Below are positions 25,481 through 39,240 of a DNA stretch of 64,000 nt, one piece after another. Numbering within the stretch: the stretch's first letter is position 1; every line of letters begins with the position of its first letter. The DNA is from Eukaryota sp. GEM-RC1 (lineage: Eukaryota). A model generated the notes under the pieces. The model worked only from the letters and a program-made list of their open reading frames with translations. It did no database searches and was not told the DNA's origin. The translations under genes and the position numbers were made by a program. Where the stretch lies: NCBI GenBank assembly GCA_040285855.1, contig JAUFOQ010000006.1:1302001-1366000 (forward strand), in the 5' to 3' direction.

Positions 25481-25890
25481 GAGTTAAACAATGATCGTTT
25501 AAATGATGTACCTTAAATTTTATTGCAATGTATCATATTCAAAAACAAGTAGTTTTTGTAGACAATTTCAGATTGTAATTACCAAATAGTTTTTGTCAAT
25601 TATTTGTCTATATAAGTAGTTTTAGCGAATTTAATACTTGATTTACATTCCGAAGGTCTGTGAAATCATGAAGTTTGTCGTGTAAATAATTTAAATTTTT
25701 GTTGTTGTTACGTGATAAACGACCAATCAAAGAAATAATCCAAGGAAACGGTATTGCCACGTTTTCAAACTGTGTGAGATTTTGAAAAAGTCTATCAAAA
25801 TTTCCAAATTTTTAATATAGCACTGTGAAAATGATGATCCTAATTGTGAATAAATTGCGATTAATAAAATTCGAGTGAATAATTCAATAT

Positions 25891-27592
25891 CTAGAAACTG
25901 TGTTTTTGATTTTCAGTCAATATTTGATGAAGTTTTACCAAACACGAACTTATCAATTCTACCGAAAAATCGTCAATCAAATCCAAATACTGGTCATATA
26001 GTCTCAGTTTAATTTCGAAATATTTAAAATTGATTAAAGATCGTATTTTGAGGTCCAAAGGTGGAAATCCTAGAAATTTTGCCAAAATTTTAAAAAGAAT
26101 AGAAGCACTGTTGTAAATTCCACAATAATCAAAAACAAAACAATAATGATTTTCAAAATCGTTAAAATAATGTCTTATTTTTGCAAACAAATAAGACAAA
26201 AATGTTCTATCTTGGGGAATTTTAAGTGAGAAAAAATTTGAAAAATCGTTAAATTTGGCCTCCATAAATTGAACAAAGTAAAGCTTAATATAGTAAACCG
26301 TTAATAAAAACTGCATTCTAATGTCTGGAAGCAAACAATGTCTGAAACAAATTTAATAATTGCTGAAATTTCCCAAGACGGAAGCATGTTTCACATTCAA
26401 CAAATGCAAATAAATAAAAGGAATGTTTTTGAAAAACGTCATCATTGCTTTGGTTAAGTGAAGTGCGAATAGAAAACTCGAAAAGATCGGAATTGTTCGA
26501 ATTGCTTAAATTAAATAAATTCTTCGTTGAATTTTGAATTTTTGATGATCTGAAGCAGTGACAATGTTTCGAACTAAAAAGGTTAAACAAATTTGAAATT
26601 GCATTGAAAGAGCCAAAATTCCCCACAATTAATCTATTAGTTCTTGTATCAAAACCAAAATTAAAAAAAACCAGCAAATGGGAAAAAATTGAAATATTCA
26701 AAAAGACAGATGGAACATCAAGATTCACAACATGAGAATCTGTTTTAAAATGAAGAATCTTTTTAAATAAATGTAAATCAAAAATACAATCAGAAGAATC
26801 AAAATTCAAACTAAGTTTACAAATATACTCAAATAATTGAAACACAACAGAAAACGATTCAGAATGTGATGACAATGCTAAATGACTCTGAAAATCTGAA
26901 ATAACTAGCAATGACTTTGCAAATTGTCCAGAAAATATCAATTTATCAATTTTAGTGAAAATATGAGAGAACAGGCCTGATCCACTTGAATCTCTTAAAT
27001 GAGTCATTGAATCAATAGAACCTAGATTTGAATGGTCACATTCTGCATACAAGAACTTGTGAAGAGAATTAAAGAGATCCCGCAGACTATCTTCTGTCAA
27101 AGTGAACACTGTAGCAGAGATCATCCTAAGGAACAAACCAAATGGAGAAGTAGAAGGGAGGGTGGCATCTGAGATAGGACTTGCGATAGTAATGGAATGA
27201 AGTGTAGTGGAAAGAACAAGAAGATCAAGAGGATCGACCAGAGACAAACTTTGTGAAACTGAATCCAGTAATGTCAGCGCGGAGAGGTTACAAGAAGTTG
27301 AAGAAAGCAGAAGTTCCTTAAAAGTAGAAAACGAAGTCGAAACAGGGGGATGGAGAACCCAAGAAAAGAGTAGCGGAATTGTGTTGGAGAGATCTTCGTC
27401 AATAGAGACATGGTAGATAGATGCTGCAACTACTAGGTCTATTGGAGAAACGTTGCACATTTGCTTCAATAATCCAGAAATTCTTTTACTAAACTCCTTC
27501 GAGTTCAGGAGACAGGACCGTTCTGATCCGGTTTGACTAGTCATATTTTGTGCTACTTCTATTTCTGTAATTTGACTTCTTTTCAAGGGCAC
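25891..27592 (-). CDS. Divergent anaphase-promoting complex subunit 5 (APC5)-like protein
   Basis: VSPIDLVV and STSPFGLFLRMI...LFNSLHKFL resemble the APC5 N-terminal domain; frameshift near 26325. Confidence 0.5.
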
Positions 27593-28057
27593 TTTCAGTC
27601 AATGAAGGAAGGCCAATGAAAAAGAAGAAGATCTTGAACACTAGGATACTAGGATAAAATGAACAACTAAGGCCAATAATTATTATATAATCAGTGACTA
27701 GTCCTTGTGTTTCCAAAAAAAATCTAAAGCAATTAAAGAACTCTATATATTTTAAATTAATTTATTAGAATGTATCTTTTTTTAATCTATCAAAATGACC
27801 CAGAGCTAAAGTAGTTAATTACTGAAAAACTCCCTTTGTGAATGTGATGACGTGTCATGATGAAAGAACAGTGTTTAATTATTTAATAGATGTACCTTAC
27901 ATTGACTATTAGCGGTGGTTTTATCATCTCATCATCTTGGTGACGTCACTTCTTTCCAGCATGACACGATTAAACACTGTTCTTTCAGGAAACTGGGTAA
28001 ATCGACAAGTTTAAATTTCTTTCAATTTTTTAATTAGGAAGAACACCAGAAATCTTG

Positions 28058-30675
28058 CTACCCAGGCCCTTTCTTGGCTTTTTTGGATGGGGGAAGAACA
28101 GAAAAGGGGAGACTGTTCTTCTGCATAGTGGAGGTCTTTCTGAGTGCTGTCGTGATTGGTGAGACGACAAAAGAAGAAGGTGATCCTGGTTGAACTGGGG
28201 GGTCAATCGGCTCTGGATTAGGAAGTTCACTGTCAATTGATTGATTGTCAATCGAATTAGGAAATAATTGCTCCAAGAGACCTGTTTGATGATGCTTTGA
28301 TAACAGAAGTTTAACAGTTTTCTTACCAGTATCAGTTTTTACAAATTTAAATAGATCAGAAACAACTTGTGATACATGATGATTGGAATCAAAATTGATT
28401 AACATTGATTTAATCATCAACACAATTTCTCGATCCAATTTTTCCTGCTGTTTTTTTAATTTTTTAAGGGACAAATCAACAGAAACATCAATCGCAACGT
28501 CATCATGGACTGGAACCAACACGTGTTGAATTGATTTCATGGCAGGTAAATCAAAATGATTGGTGACGACATCTACTGAAAAAGGAAGGAGTATTGGTGA
28601 GATTTTGGTACTTCTTGGAGACGAGAAACCTTCCGACACTGGTAAAACAACTAAATGAGAGTGAACAGATCCGAGAACAAAGATTTGAGAAGTTTCGATT
28701 AGACATTTATCGAAAGGAATCGGGGTGGTATCAGGAGATTTAGAAATTAAATGATGACAATGTGAAATTTTTAAAATTTGTGTTTCAAATTGATTTTGTA
28801 AGTTCAACAAAAGAGATCACCCTTAGAATCAAAATAGGAAGGTCGACCGTGACAGAATCCGACCCATCTGATACAGATTCCAGGAAGTAGAGAGAAATCC
28901 ATGGAACTAAATGGATTCAAGTCAGAATTACTGATGACGTCATCATCAGAAACTAGAAAAGCTCGTAAAACTGACCCCAAATGACTTTGATTGATCAATC
29001 GAATAATCACTGTAGAGTTTCCCAAAGAGGAAAGGGTAAGAAATACTCCAACTTGATTGAAAACCCTGATTGGAATACCACTTAGAGAGTAAACAATAGT
29101 CTGGCTTTCAGTGACCACAATCACGTGTTTGGCAGTCAATCCAAGGCCATAAATGGACTCATTGAGCTCAATAGTCCACGGCTGATACTCCATGGCAGCA
29201 ATAGAAAAGGGAGAAAAGTGGAGAACAGACGTAGAACAAGAAGAAAAAAAGGGACTCGTGCAACAAACCAATCCAACGCTATTAATAGAGGCCAAATCGG
29301 GATCAAAATTAGGCACGCGATGGGATTGATTGATGATGTGATGATCTGCCAGAGTAAAGATCTCATCTGTTGTAAAATCTCTAATCGACCTGACAAAACC
29401 AACATTTGAACAATGAAGTACCTTGACTTTTGTATTCAACCCCGTATCAAAGGAACTAGAAGGTCTGTCTCCCATATGAAGAGACCACTGGGCAGAAGTA
29501 GAATCAAACGGAAAAGGCAGGAGCTTATTACAAGTATCAATCAAATCAGTATCAAAACGTGATAAGTGACTGGGAGTCGAAAAACCAGATGAGAATGATT
29601 GAAACTCGCCTGGTCTAGAATCATAATATAGTGATTCATCTTCTAAATTCTTTTCGTCATCAGAAGGGATCATGTTATCAGTTTGATTGGTATCAGAATC
29701 TTCTTCGATTGGAGTGGGAAACTCTGGCAAACGAGAGAAGTCCAAAAAGAACTTTAATTCAAATTTTTGAAAAAAGTAAATTGTCTCGCCATTGATAATT
29801 ACTTTGTTAAAAGAGCTTTCAGTAATTTTTTCTGCAGATAGATTTCCATCTACATCTACTAGATAAAAACTTGAATCAGTATATACTAAAACTTCAAATT
29901 TTTCAAATTTTTCAAATGAAGGATTAGGAATAAGACCAGTAAGACCAGAAACTATTGACTTTTTGGAACTATTTGATTTTGTGAAATGGTAAAAGCAATC
30001 CTGACCCACAACAAAGAACCTTCCAGAAAAGGACACTCCAATTGATTGCCCATCAGTTCGTGCTGAATCAATTCCATCCACGACATCTCCAGAAGGAAAG
30101 TGTATCACTGATTGATTGGATGTGATTAGAGCCGCTGACGTGTCCTCATCAGGTCCGAAAGAGGCAAGTGCTCCATCAACAAATAATTGCTCCTTCTTGG
30201 GAATCTTCTCTTCTTTAATCAAATCTGATTGATTCAGATCCTCGTTAGGAAGGTGGTAAAACATTGCAGCAGGGTCGTCTCCTGCGTACATAATACCATC
30301 ACCATTAAGAGTCAGAGAGAGGGAGGTGAGAGGAGAGGTGAGTCTGGAGAGAGGAATTGGAGAAGAGAAAGAGAAGGTGTCATTGGTGTGTTTAAGGTTG
30401 AGACAGAAAGGTTGGTTGTCGAAGGAATAAGTGACTATGAAGGAGGAGTGGGAGGAACGATAGGGGGTACAACAAAGTTGTGGGGAAGTTATTTTGTTAA
30501 TTGGAGGGAGAAGATAAGTTTCTGCTGTGAGAAACGGAGAGTCGTCTTTAGATTTTGATAAACGACTGTATTTGATAACATATAAAGAAGGAAGAGAAGA
30601 AAGAACCAAGAAATGGTGCTCGAGGGGTAGTCCTATCAAGCACAAAGCTGTTTCTGAGTCAGGAATGTCGGGCAT
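28058..30675 (-). CDS. Ctf4/AND-1/WDHD1-like replisome factor
   Basis: SepB-domain signatures FSSGFSTP, WTIELNESIYGLGL..VIVVT..YSLSGIP, IRWVGF..GRPSYFDSKG; frameshift near 28808. Confidence 0.7.
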
Positions 30676-30768
30676 TTAGGAGAGAGATGTAGTTTTAGTT
30701 TGGTAAGTAAAAACAATACTTTTATTTGAAGACACCAACTTACCACGTACAATGTACACTAAACAAAA

Positions 30769-31060
30769 CTAGAAGACACTAGTTAAGGTACTAGTATCTG
30801 AACTAAATTCCACCTGACTAGAATCAAACAATTTAGCTAAAATAGAATTGAAATATCTAAACATCGACCGAAACAAATCAAAAGTCAATCTTGATAAATC
30901 CCGCATTGAACACCTTTCCATACTTGAACACAATTTTCCAAAAGAGACTAAAAACTGTTGAGCTGAAGGTCCAATATTACCATAAAGGGTTGAAAACAAA
31001 ACAATTATAACTATCAGCATTCAGCCCAATAATTGAGTCACCATATTTTGTGCCCTTACC
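30769..31060 (-). mobile_element. RLE retrotransposon 3' fragment
   Basis: STLYGNIGPSAQQFL...FDLFRSMFRYF. Confidence 0.7.
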
Positions 31061-31878
31061 ATTTTCCGCAGTCCTAAAAAAGGAAATGACATCTAACTGT
31101 CAAATATACAAAAAGCCGATTTATGTGCGGAGAAAAGCACACAACAAGAAAACAACAAATAAATAAAGACTATTAATGATAAAACAAAGCGGTAGTATCA
31201 AAAACTCTGATTAAAGAAATTATTCAACGACCACGACGTAATTTTGGAAAAGCATCAAAGAGATCCTCAAAAGAGTTCCAGTATTTCCAGAAAAGAAATG
31301 ATATCTACTACTTAACAAATATAAAATCCCGTGTTTAATGATCAGATGTACTTTTAAGCGGAGGTACCAAAGTGGCATGACCATTCTCTTGGGTTAGACT
31401 GGAACCGAGTTTTTCAACCATTAGGTATGTCAGAGTTTGAAGAAGTTTGGCACATAAACGCAAAAGACAAAAATTTCTTATCCCATGACAAAGAGAATGA
31501 GATGAAAAGATAAGAAAACAACAGCGTCCTTAAAAACAGCAAAAAGATGATACAGGTACTACAACATCCCCAGATAAAAGGACAACAGAACGTACTGTAT
31601 TGTGATCAACCTAAGTCATGATGAACAAAACGAATGTGAAGACAATACGTTGAAAAAAAGGGGTTGAGTCTTCGCTCTAATACACCAATCCTTTGCGGAG
31701 GTGTTGCTAATCATCTCTGTCTAGTTTCCATTTTAGTGGAGCCAAGGGACAAGCCCAAGGCTATTCCATTAATGCAATGCGTTTGACTCAAAAGTATTGA
31801 GACCCAATGCTTTATCCGACACTTTTACAGTCTGTAGTGTGACGTAAAACAAAATAAGTCTCCCCAAATGTTGGGTTC

Positions 31879-32390
31879 TTGCTGTTTACTCATGAAAACT
31901 TCGAACAAAGTAACAAATCTCGACATGACAACAATCACATCTTCTCAGATCCTCAACTTAGTAGTGTTGGTTTCACTTCATCTAAATGGTGGACAAAATC
32001 AGCTACCAATCATTATGCTGTCAGAGATCAAATTCATGCCATGTGTAAGTCCTACAAAATCGAATCTTTCGTTGAGCCACTGTTGAGATCACTTGTGATC
32101 AATAATGTTAAAAATAGTGATTTTGATAAGACTTTTGGTAAAAGAAGAGCTGATGTCATAGTTCCATCAGTCAATGATGAACTAACGGTTGTTGTTGTGA
32201 TTACTTGTGGATGTTTGTTGTATTTAGAGATGCTAAAAATGAAATGCATCCCCTTGATTTTTCAGAACATTATAAGAGAAACAAATACTATTACCGTGTA
32301 CCCTTGACTGCTCTCAAATAGACAGGGCACGTTGAGTACAAATTATGTCTTTTTGCACTTTCAATTTATGGTCGACTTGGATGCTCTTCC
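31879..32390 (+). mobile_element. RLE retrotransposon fragment
   Basis: HYAVRDQIHAMCKSYKIESFVEPLL...FGKRRADVIVP; same family as 15507-16140 and 56785-57200. Confidence 0.8.
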
Positions 32391-32395
32391 TAGTG

Positions 32396-33012
32396 TAGTA
32401 TACGGTTTAATTAGTCTGGATCAGACTAATATTCATTGTCATTCTGATGTTCAAAAATATGGATTAGTCTGGATCAGACGAATTAAAATCGCGACTAATT
32501 TGCATTTATTTTTATTAGTCTGGGTCAGACCAATATGTCATGAAATAAATTAGTCTGAATTTTTGTTTTGGAATAGAATCACAGCAAACTCAAATTGTAT
32601 ATGATTAAGCATCTATAACTTATTCATCATACTAACTTCATCACTTTTGAGCCTTGCTACCATTAAAGTCTTATTGATGGTTTGCAACGATTTCCTGTTG
32701 CTAAGGCTTCAACAAGATGAACGGCAGGTTCTTCGTCAAGTTCAATAGCGTCGTCATTTTCTTGAAAATGATTCTGTTGCGATCGAATTCTCACGACACC
32801 ATTTAAGATAGAGAAACTATGTGATGGGGAATTAAAAATGGCAACTCAATAGCAGCAATATGGCACCAATCTTCTACTGACGTTTTTGGAGATGGGTTCA
32901 AAATTCAGACTAATTATCATAAAATTGGACATTTTTTATTTTTGATATACTAGAATAAGAATTAGTCTGGATCAGACTAATTTAAAATCCAGACTAATTA
33001 AACCGTTTACTG
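32396..33012. mobile_element. Tc1/pogo-like MITE
   Basis: 25-bp TIR (C/T)AGTA(A/T)ACGGTTTAATTAGTCTGGA with internal TTAGTCTGGATCAGACTAA near-palindromes; TSD not clear. Confidence 0.65.
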
Positions 33013-33655
33013 TTGTTTTCTTTCTGAATACAAGCAAGATTCCAATACAAGCTTAGTAGGGTATGCTTGCATTGTTTCCCTTGGTAAACTCACATATTTG
33101 TTTAAACAATTACTAGTTTTGATGCACAAACGTTTGGAATTTTTCAGTCTCTAGACAAACAGTTTGATCATAAGTTTTGGTTGAATCGTGTTGTCTTTAC
33201 AAACAATTCCTGTTTTGATTTCGAAAGCTCTTTTACTCTTAATGTTTTTTATGACGAAAAAGCTTCTGTGAGTTTCAATAGCAATAAATGTTGTTTGAAT
33301 TATATTGAGTTCTAGTCTTTGCTCACTACTTCTGTTTAAAAAATCGTCTTGAATTGCATCCACAAACTTTCTTTTCAGAAAGCTGCTTGGAGCTATTGCA
33401 TCTCTATTGCAGAGTAATGAGAGTAGTGATGACGTGTAGTTTATGATCCTTGTTACCTTTGATAAACAATTCTTCTCTTTGGGACCTTAGAAAGGCAACA
33501 TGTCCTTCAAGAAACTGATAAGCCACCATCCAGATTCAATAGAGTCTGAAAGAACAGTGTCTTTGAATTGCGATCAGGACTAATCTTCTTTATATTGTGG
33601 AAGTAAAAAACCAATCTAAAAAAACAAATTTCACTTTACATAGAAGAATAACAAT

Positions 33656-34802
33656 CTACCAAAGAAGTTCACGTAAATGATATCCTAAATCCTTAATGTG
33701 TTCTAATAAACTTAGCTCTGTCATAGGTTTAACTTCGACAGGGTCAAAATGATCACATCCGAGTTCTTGAGGATCAAATCTCTTATCTTCTGCCGTTACT
33801 TCTTTGTGATCAATATAATCAAAACATTCGTAATCGCAAGGTTCTGAGTGGCAAACGTGATGACATTCCTGGAAAAGGACACCATTATTGAAGCAAAGAT
33901 CCATCTTGAAGACCCAGAATTCAAATTGATAGAGGGAGCACTTTCCAGCTTGGGTTTGTTTTGTACCAACGTAGTCAAAGAGGAAAGAATAACGAAGAGC
34001 GGTTACATCAAAATTATCAAGCGATGAGTCATTTTTGAAAAAACAATGGTCATCTTCATTTTTCCAATACCAACTTTCTTCATTCTGAACAGCTGAGTAT
34101 GTGGAGTTGTGGAGGTAGGCTAACTCGGCATCAAGTTCATAAGCGATGTCCATAACATCACCACTGGAAGAAATTCTTTTAGCTTCGAATGCAGTTTGTT
34201 GCATGATTGGACAGTGATGCTTGGGATTAAAAGCAGGGGAGTTCTTGTTAACTCTTTTGTGGTGGAAAAACTCAACACATTCTTCCAAATCATCCTCAAC
34301 TCTACACATAGCATAGACATATCCTTTGTTCATGCAAAGATGGTTGGATGTTGCATTAAACCAAGAACATTCACCGGCTCCACTTTGATAGGTTTCATTA
34401 GTCTGAACGTGATCATCTGTGACAAGCAACTCCTTCGCAAAGAAGAGTTCATCGGCTTCAAAGGGAGGGGACACACTACAGAGGTCATGGCCAATAGTCC
34501 AAAAGCGCTGTGTTTCACCGTCAATGAGCAACACTGGAACCATGTTTGCGTTTGACGTACTGTTTGCAACTAACACAAGAATTATGTTTGTTTCAAGATT
34601 AGCAACATATCTTGCAGCAAAGTTCCCATCTGATGTTTCAAAAGAATAATAAAGCACTTGGCCGTCACTTTCGCCGGAAAGTAGAAAAGCAACAACAACA
34701 ATTGCTGCTACAATCACAACAGCGATAGCTATGATAATAACAATGTTAGAACTTTTTCTTCTTGGGAGGATCGTCTAGAAGGTACTGACTGTCTGTTTGC
34801 AT
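33656..34802 (-). CDS. Type II membrane/secreted Cys-rich protein with an internal two-fold repeat, function unknown
   Basis: N-terminal hydrophobic anchor; duplicated (A/G)G.C..F/Y...LC...G.....C module; probable ATG at 34802 with a homopolymer frameshift. Confidence 0.6.
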
Positions 34803-34998
34803 TGGAACAAGTGATTAGTCAAAAGTGACCCTCGTTCATCACATAACGGATGTGTTTGTTTCCCCTCTCCCTGGTTTGATGTTGACTGACCGCTGGTGGA
34901 ACTTGAAACACCTCCATCATAGAATACTCAACATGCAATCGGACTTCTCTTCAAAGTTCTCAGAGTTCAGATATCTCTAAATATACTACACTCCTGTC

Positions 34999-35878
34999 AT
35001 GTACTATCCTTTGCCTGACGGTTCTTACGGATATGGGATCCGTGACTTTGTCACAATCTTTCTGTGCTCACTCATCATCACCTCAATCAGACTAGTTCTT
35101 TCACTCACTCTGTCACGAACAATACCGAAACACATAAACATATGCCCATCCACGCTCAAAAAGTTTATTGAAAACTCATTCTATGCCCTCTACTACATCT
35201 TCGCTGTTCTGCTTGAATTGATCCTACTCTCACGTCACAAGTGGTTCTGGTTTACCTCATGGCCCGAGTCTGTGATTTCTATGAATTTAACCTACTGTTC
35301 ATATGAGACCAAGCTCGTTTACATGATTCAGATGGGATTTTACTTACAAGGATTCTTTGCCTTGTTTCATGAGTCAACCAAATCCAAGAACGATTTTTCC
35401 ATGATGATCATTCACCATGCCTCCACCTCTTTACTTCTTCTCACTTCATATTTCGGATCAAGGGCTGTTGACTATGGAACTCTCGTTCTATTTCTACATG
35501 ACGTATCAGACATCCTTCTGTTTGTCTCCAAAGCTCTTAACTATTTAGACTTGAACTACTATGCAAACAAAGGGTTTTCGGCCTTTGCCATTCTATTTTT
35601 CGTCTGCAGATTGGTTTTGTTTCCTTGGCTTATTGGAACCCTCTATAGAGGTAGTAAGTATTTGGACTGTAGGTATCCACGCCTAAATGTGTATGGTTTT
35701 ATTTGTAATATCTAATTTTAGAACTTTCTGGGGTTTCCCGCTATTCTTTCTTCAGTTGTTACATGTAAAATGGTTTACAATGATACTGCGAATGGTTTTT
35801 GAGAAACTTTCCCATGGTAAATTGACTGGGGATATACGCAGTCCTCCTAGAGAAGTAGAAAAGAGTCATGTTATATAA
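34999..35878 (+). CDS. TLC-domain ceramide synthase (LAG1/LAC1 family)
   Basis: KKFIEN, KNDFSMMIIHH, LFLHDVSD, DIRS; 31-nt intron 35691-35721 (GTATGG...CTAAT..TAG). Confidence 0.9.
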
Positions 35879-35989
35879 GTTTATATCTATTTCTTAAACC
35901 TTTTCTGTGGTGTTTAAATAAAGTGCTCATTTTTAGAATACGTTCTTAAACAGAGTTGGATTGCTAACATAATTATCCTTTGTACGTAT

Positions 35990-36171
35990 TACAACACTTT
36001 TTGTATCTCTTACATACAGGGTACATTGAGAGTTGACAGGATGATCCAATTGCTCTTTTCCTGGATTCTTCTCAACTTGTGGTTGATTGCAACAGTTGAC
36101 CCGGTTCCAAAAGTCTATATGGAATTAACCAAATATGACGGGGTTTCACCCGTCAGCTAACAAAAATAAAG
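35990..36171 (-). ncRNA. Putative Fanzor omegaRNA
   Basis: Immediately 3' of the Fanzor stop; stems TGACGGG/CCCGTCA, TTCCA/TGGAA, TTGAGA/TCTCAA with inner ATCCA/TGGAT; boundaries inferred. Confidence 0.45.
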
Positions 36172-38460
36172 CTAATTTCTACATAAGTACTCCACTCTCT
36201 CATCACTACCATTCATCCAGTGTTCGAACATGTTCATCATGTTCAAACAAGCCATCTTGTTTCGATTCCAATACATTTGAGTGGGCACTGTGTGCCCTTT
36301 CTTTTCCCCCTTTCAATCGTTTCTTGACTTCTCCCAGACAATGTTCACTCCTACACTCTAGTAAGCCATGTGGGTGAATCCATTCTCTTTTCTCTCTTGA
36401 TTTGGGCTTTGGGTTGACAACCTCAATGGAAGTTTCAAAAACATCTTCATGACATTCTGGACACTTGGACGAAGTGTTTCTCTCATCATTCATCACTGTT
36501 AAAAAACCGTTTCTCTGAAAGAATGAAGTCCAAGTCTTAGTTCTGGATGGTGGACTGTGTTTTAAGTTGGACATTGGCTTCTGACCTAAATCACCAATAC
36601 ATAGTACGATTTTGTCACGGCTACCAAAAGTTTTTACAATGCTGTTAACCAATTTAGACTCTGTCTTTTGCTTATGGACATGATTTTGGATTTTGTGAAT
36701 CCTCCATATATGCAAAGCATAGAAGTCTTTAGTTGCATTGTAATGAATACATTTAGCCAGAATAAACTTTCTAAATTTAGTGTAATTAACAGTTTTAGAA
36801 TCATGTTCTTCACTTAACCAAGTGTTCCATTTCTCAATTTTCATTGTCACAGTTATTGGATTATCATCACCTGCTCTCACGGTAGTAGTACCTGATCTCC
36901 TTCTAACAAGGTACTGGTGGATTCTTTTATGCTTTCGTGAAACTCTAGACCACTCAGCATATGTCAATCGTAAGAAGTTGTATTTCTTTAGAGGATTTTG
37001 AGTTTCCCTATTTGATTTAGATGCAAGTTGTAGCATATCTCTCTTTCCAATGTCCACATAAACCATTTGTTTAGAAATATAATCAGACCTATCACATTCA
37101 TTGAAATATTGTACTTTTACTGAAGCTTTACTTGAATCAGGTTTACATTTCATACCTTTCAGATCCTTTCTCACAAATTGAAAACAAATAGAAATTCCAT
37201 CAGTTACAGCATAGTTGTTGAATTCAAAATTGGCTTTGTCAAAACTTCTGTCTTCACAGTTAAACCATCTTTTCCAGTAATCTTGTTGTTGAGAATGGGT
37301 CATGTTTTGGATCTGGTCTTTACTCATATAATTAGTCACTTTCGAATGTAAAGGACCAATCTTCTTATCATTATTCTTATATCCAAAACAGTGCTTAGCC
37401 AGTCCCCAAAGAGTTCTAGTATCTATTGGGAAAAAACAGGGAGTATTCTCTAAACTTAGAGGAATTACATTATACAACTTAGCACCCTTTGATTCCAAGT
37501 AATCTGAGATTTGAAGAGAATTTCTTAGAAAATGAAGTGGATACTCCTGAACGGTGTAAAGTAAATTATGAACGTCTACAGTTTCATTGTCGTTAGTAGT
37601 GATTGTAGCAGGAAATATGATGTTAAATCTTTGAAGTAGTTCTGGAATTTTATCAGCCATTAGAGAATTAACCTGTTCAAATATTAACATACTGAAATCA
37701 TCATCAAAAACTTTAGAAACTTCATCAATAAACTTAACATTTTCAGGGTGAGTGGCAGAGTTAAAAGAATTAATATACTGTAAGGCTTCATCTCTAGGTC
37801 GATACAAAATCTGGTCTTTCAACATCTTTAAACGAAATCTGAAGTAACTAGTGAACTTTTGTGCTTCACGACTTGTTAGTCCTGCAAGTTCTGGACCTAA
37901 AACCAAATTACGTTTCTTTTTCATTCCCTTTTCAAACTCTTTCTTACCCATTACTGTATTGATAAATCTTTTAATGTACAACTCATAATTGCGGCGAATA
38001 TTTAATTCAAACGCAGGCCACATTTCATACTGAGTAGTCTATTCAAAAGCTCTACTGATATGATCAAAATCAAGTTCTGGTAAATGACATGTGCCAAATG
38101 TATCAGTAACACAGTGCTTATATCCAGGGTAGTTTGAGTCAGCATTATAGATTCCTTCTCCAGCAACAAAATCACGAAGGTCTGGATCAATCGTTCGTAT
38201 AGGACTATTATTTGGAATTTTAAAGTTATGAACTTCAGATGAAAGATTTCTAATTGAAAGCATTGTATGATAAAACAACTTGTAATCAAACTTAGACAAA
38301 TCTTGTCCAAGACGATAGCGAGCCAACAGATATTCTTTAACACACATTGTAGTCTGTTGTCTTAACGCATTGTAGAACTCAGATCCTAAAAGCATGGCAT
38401 CTTGAACTTCTTGATGTTTTACCACACTAACAACTGATGTTTTAATAGAAGCCCATGATT
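36172..38460 (-). CDS. Fanzor1 (eukaryotic TnpB-like RNA-guided RuvC nuclease) domain, ~760 aa, interrupted by one in-frame TAG and one frameshift
   Basis: WASIKTSVVSVVK N-terminus, ELNIRRNY, TDGISIC, RuvC-I YVDIG, IGDLG, RuvC-II NDERNTSSKCPEC, HGLLEC..C, RuvC-III YWNRNKMACLNM, ends ERVEYLCRN*. Confidence 0.88.
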
Positions 38461-38489
38461 GAAAAACAATTTTGTCTTTTTGAAATAAA

Positions 38490-39240
38490 ATAAACAATTT
38501 AAACGCCAGAATTGAATCATGAAGACAGTAGTTGATTAGCGTTTTCATTCTTTTATCACTTCTTAAACAATCAACTGGGAGTAAGTGGTCCAAGTCTTTA
38601 TCCAATTTCAATTTAGGTTCAGAAAGTAAATTCCAAGATAAATTGGCTAGACTACAACCATACTTGAGACCAATATACTTCTTTGCAAATAAGAAGGTAT
38701 CCAAAACTGTAAAACCATTGTGATCTTTTATGATATCCAGCCATCGACTATGTAAAGGCAACTGAATTGGATTTGGATTTGTTAAAAGAGGAAGGTCAAG
38801 AGCCCACATTCTATTGTCAATTATGGGCAAATCAAAATTGAAAATATTATGGCCAATAAAAGCATTTGGTTTATATTGACTAACAATATTAGCGTACTTA
38901 ACCAATAATTCTTTTCATTTGGGAAGTCCAAAAGATCTAATTTAAAAGCTGGTGTTTCTGAATCACCAAATTTGATTTTATAATTGTAATCAGTGTAAAG
39001 GACGATTGAGCTGTCAAATTGTAACTCACCATTGGATTGCAATTTTGCAATAATGACAGAGATCATGATGATTTGTTGATCTGCGAGAAAATCAATGTCG
39101 TGAGCTTCTTTCTCAAAATCATTCATTAACAATCTTCTCTGTTTCAAAGACTCTTTTCCGTTCTACGATGTTTATTCAATTCTTTGTTCACTCGTGTAGG
39201 AATTCTCTCATTGATATTTCTTGTTTCAATATCAATTATA
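38490..39240 (-). CDS. Family-B DNA polymerase-type (DEDDy/DnaQ) 3'-5' exonuclease domain, fused in frame to Fanzor
   Basis: ExoI IIDIET, IIMISV, NEKELL, ExoII IGHNIFNFDLPII, ExoIII NYCLHDS; no polymerase motifs; two homopolymer frameshifts. Confidence 0.82.

Noticed and set aside
36157..36190. Possible short intron at the Fanzor 3' end
   Set aside because: The unspliced frame already gives a typical ERVEYLCRN* terminus
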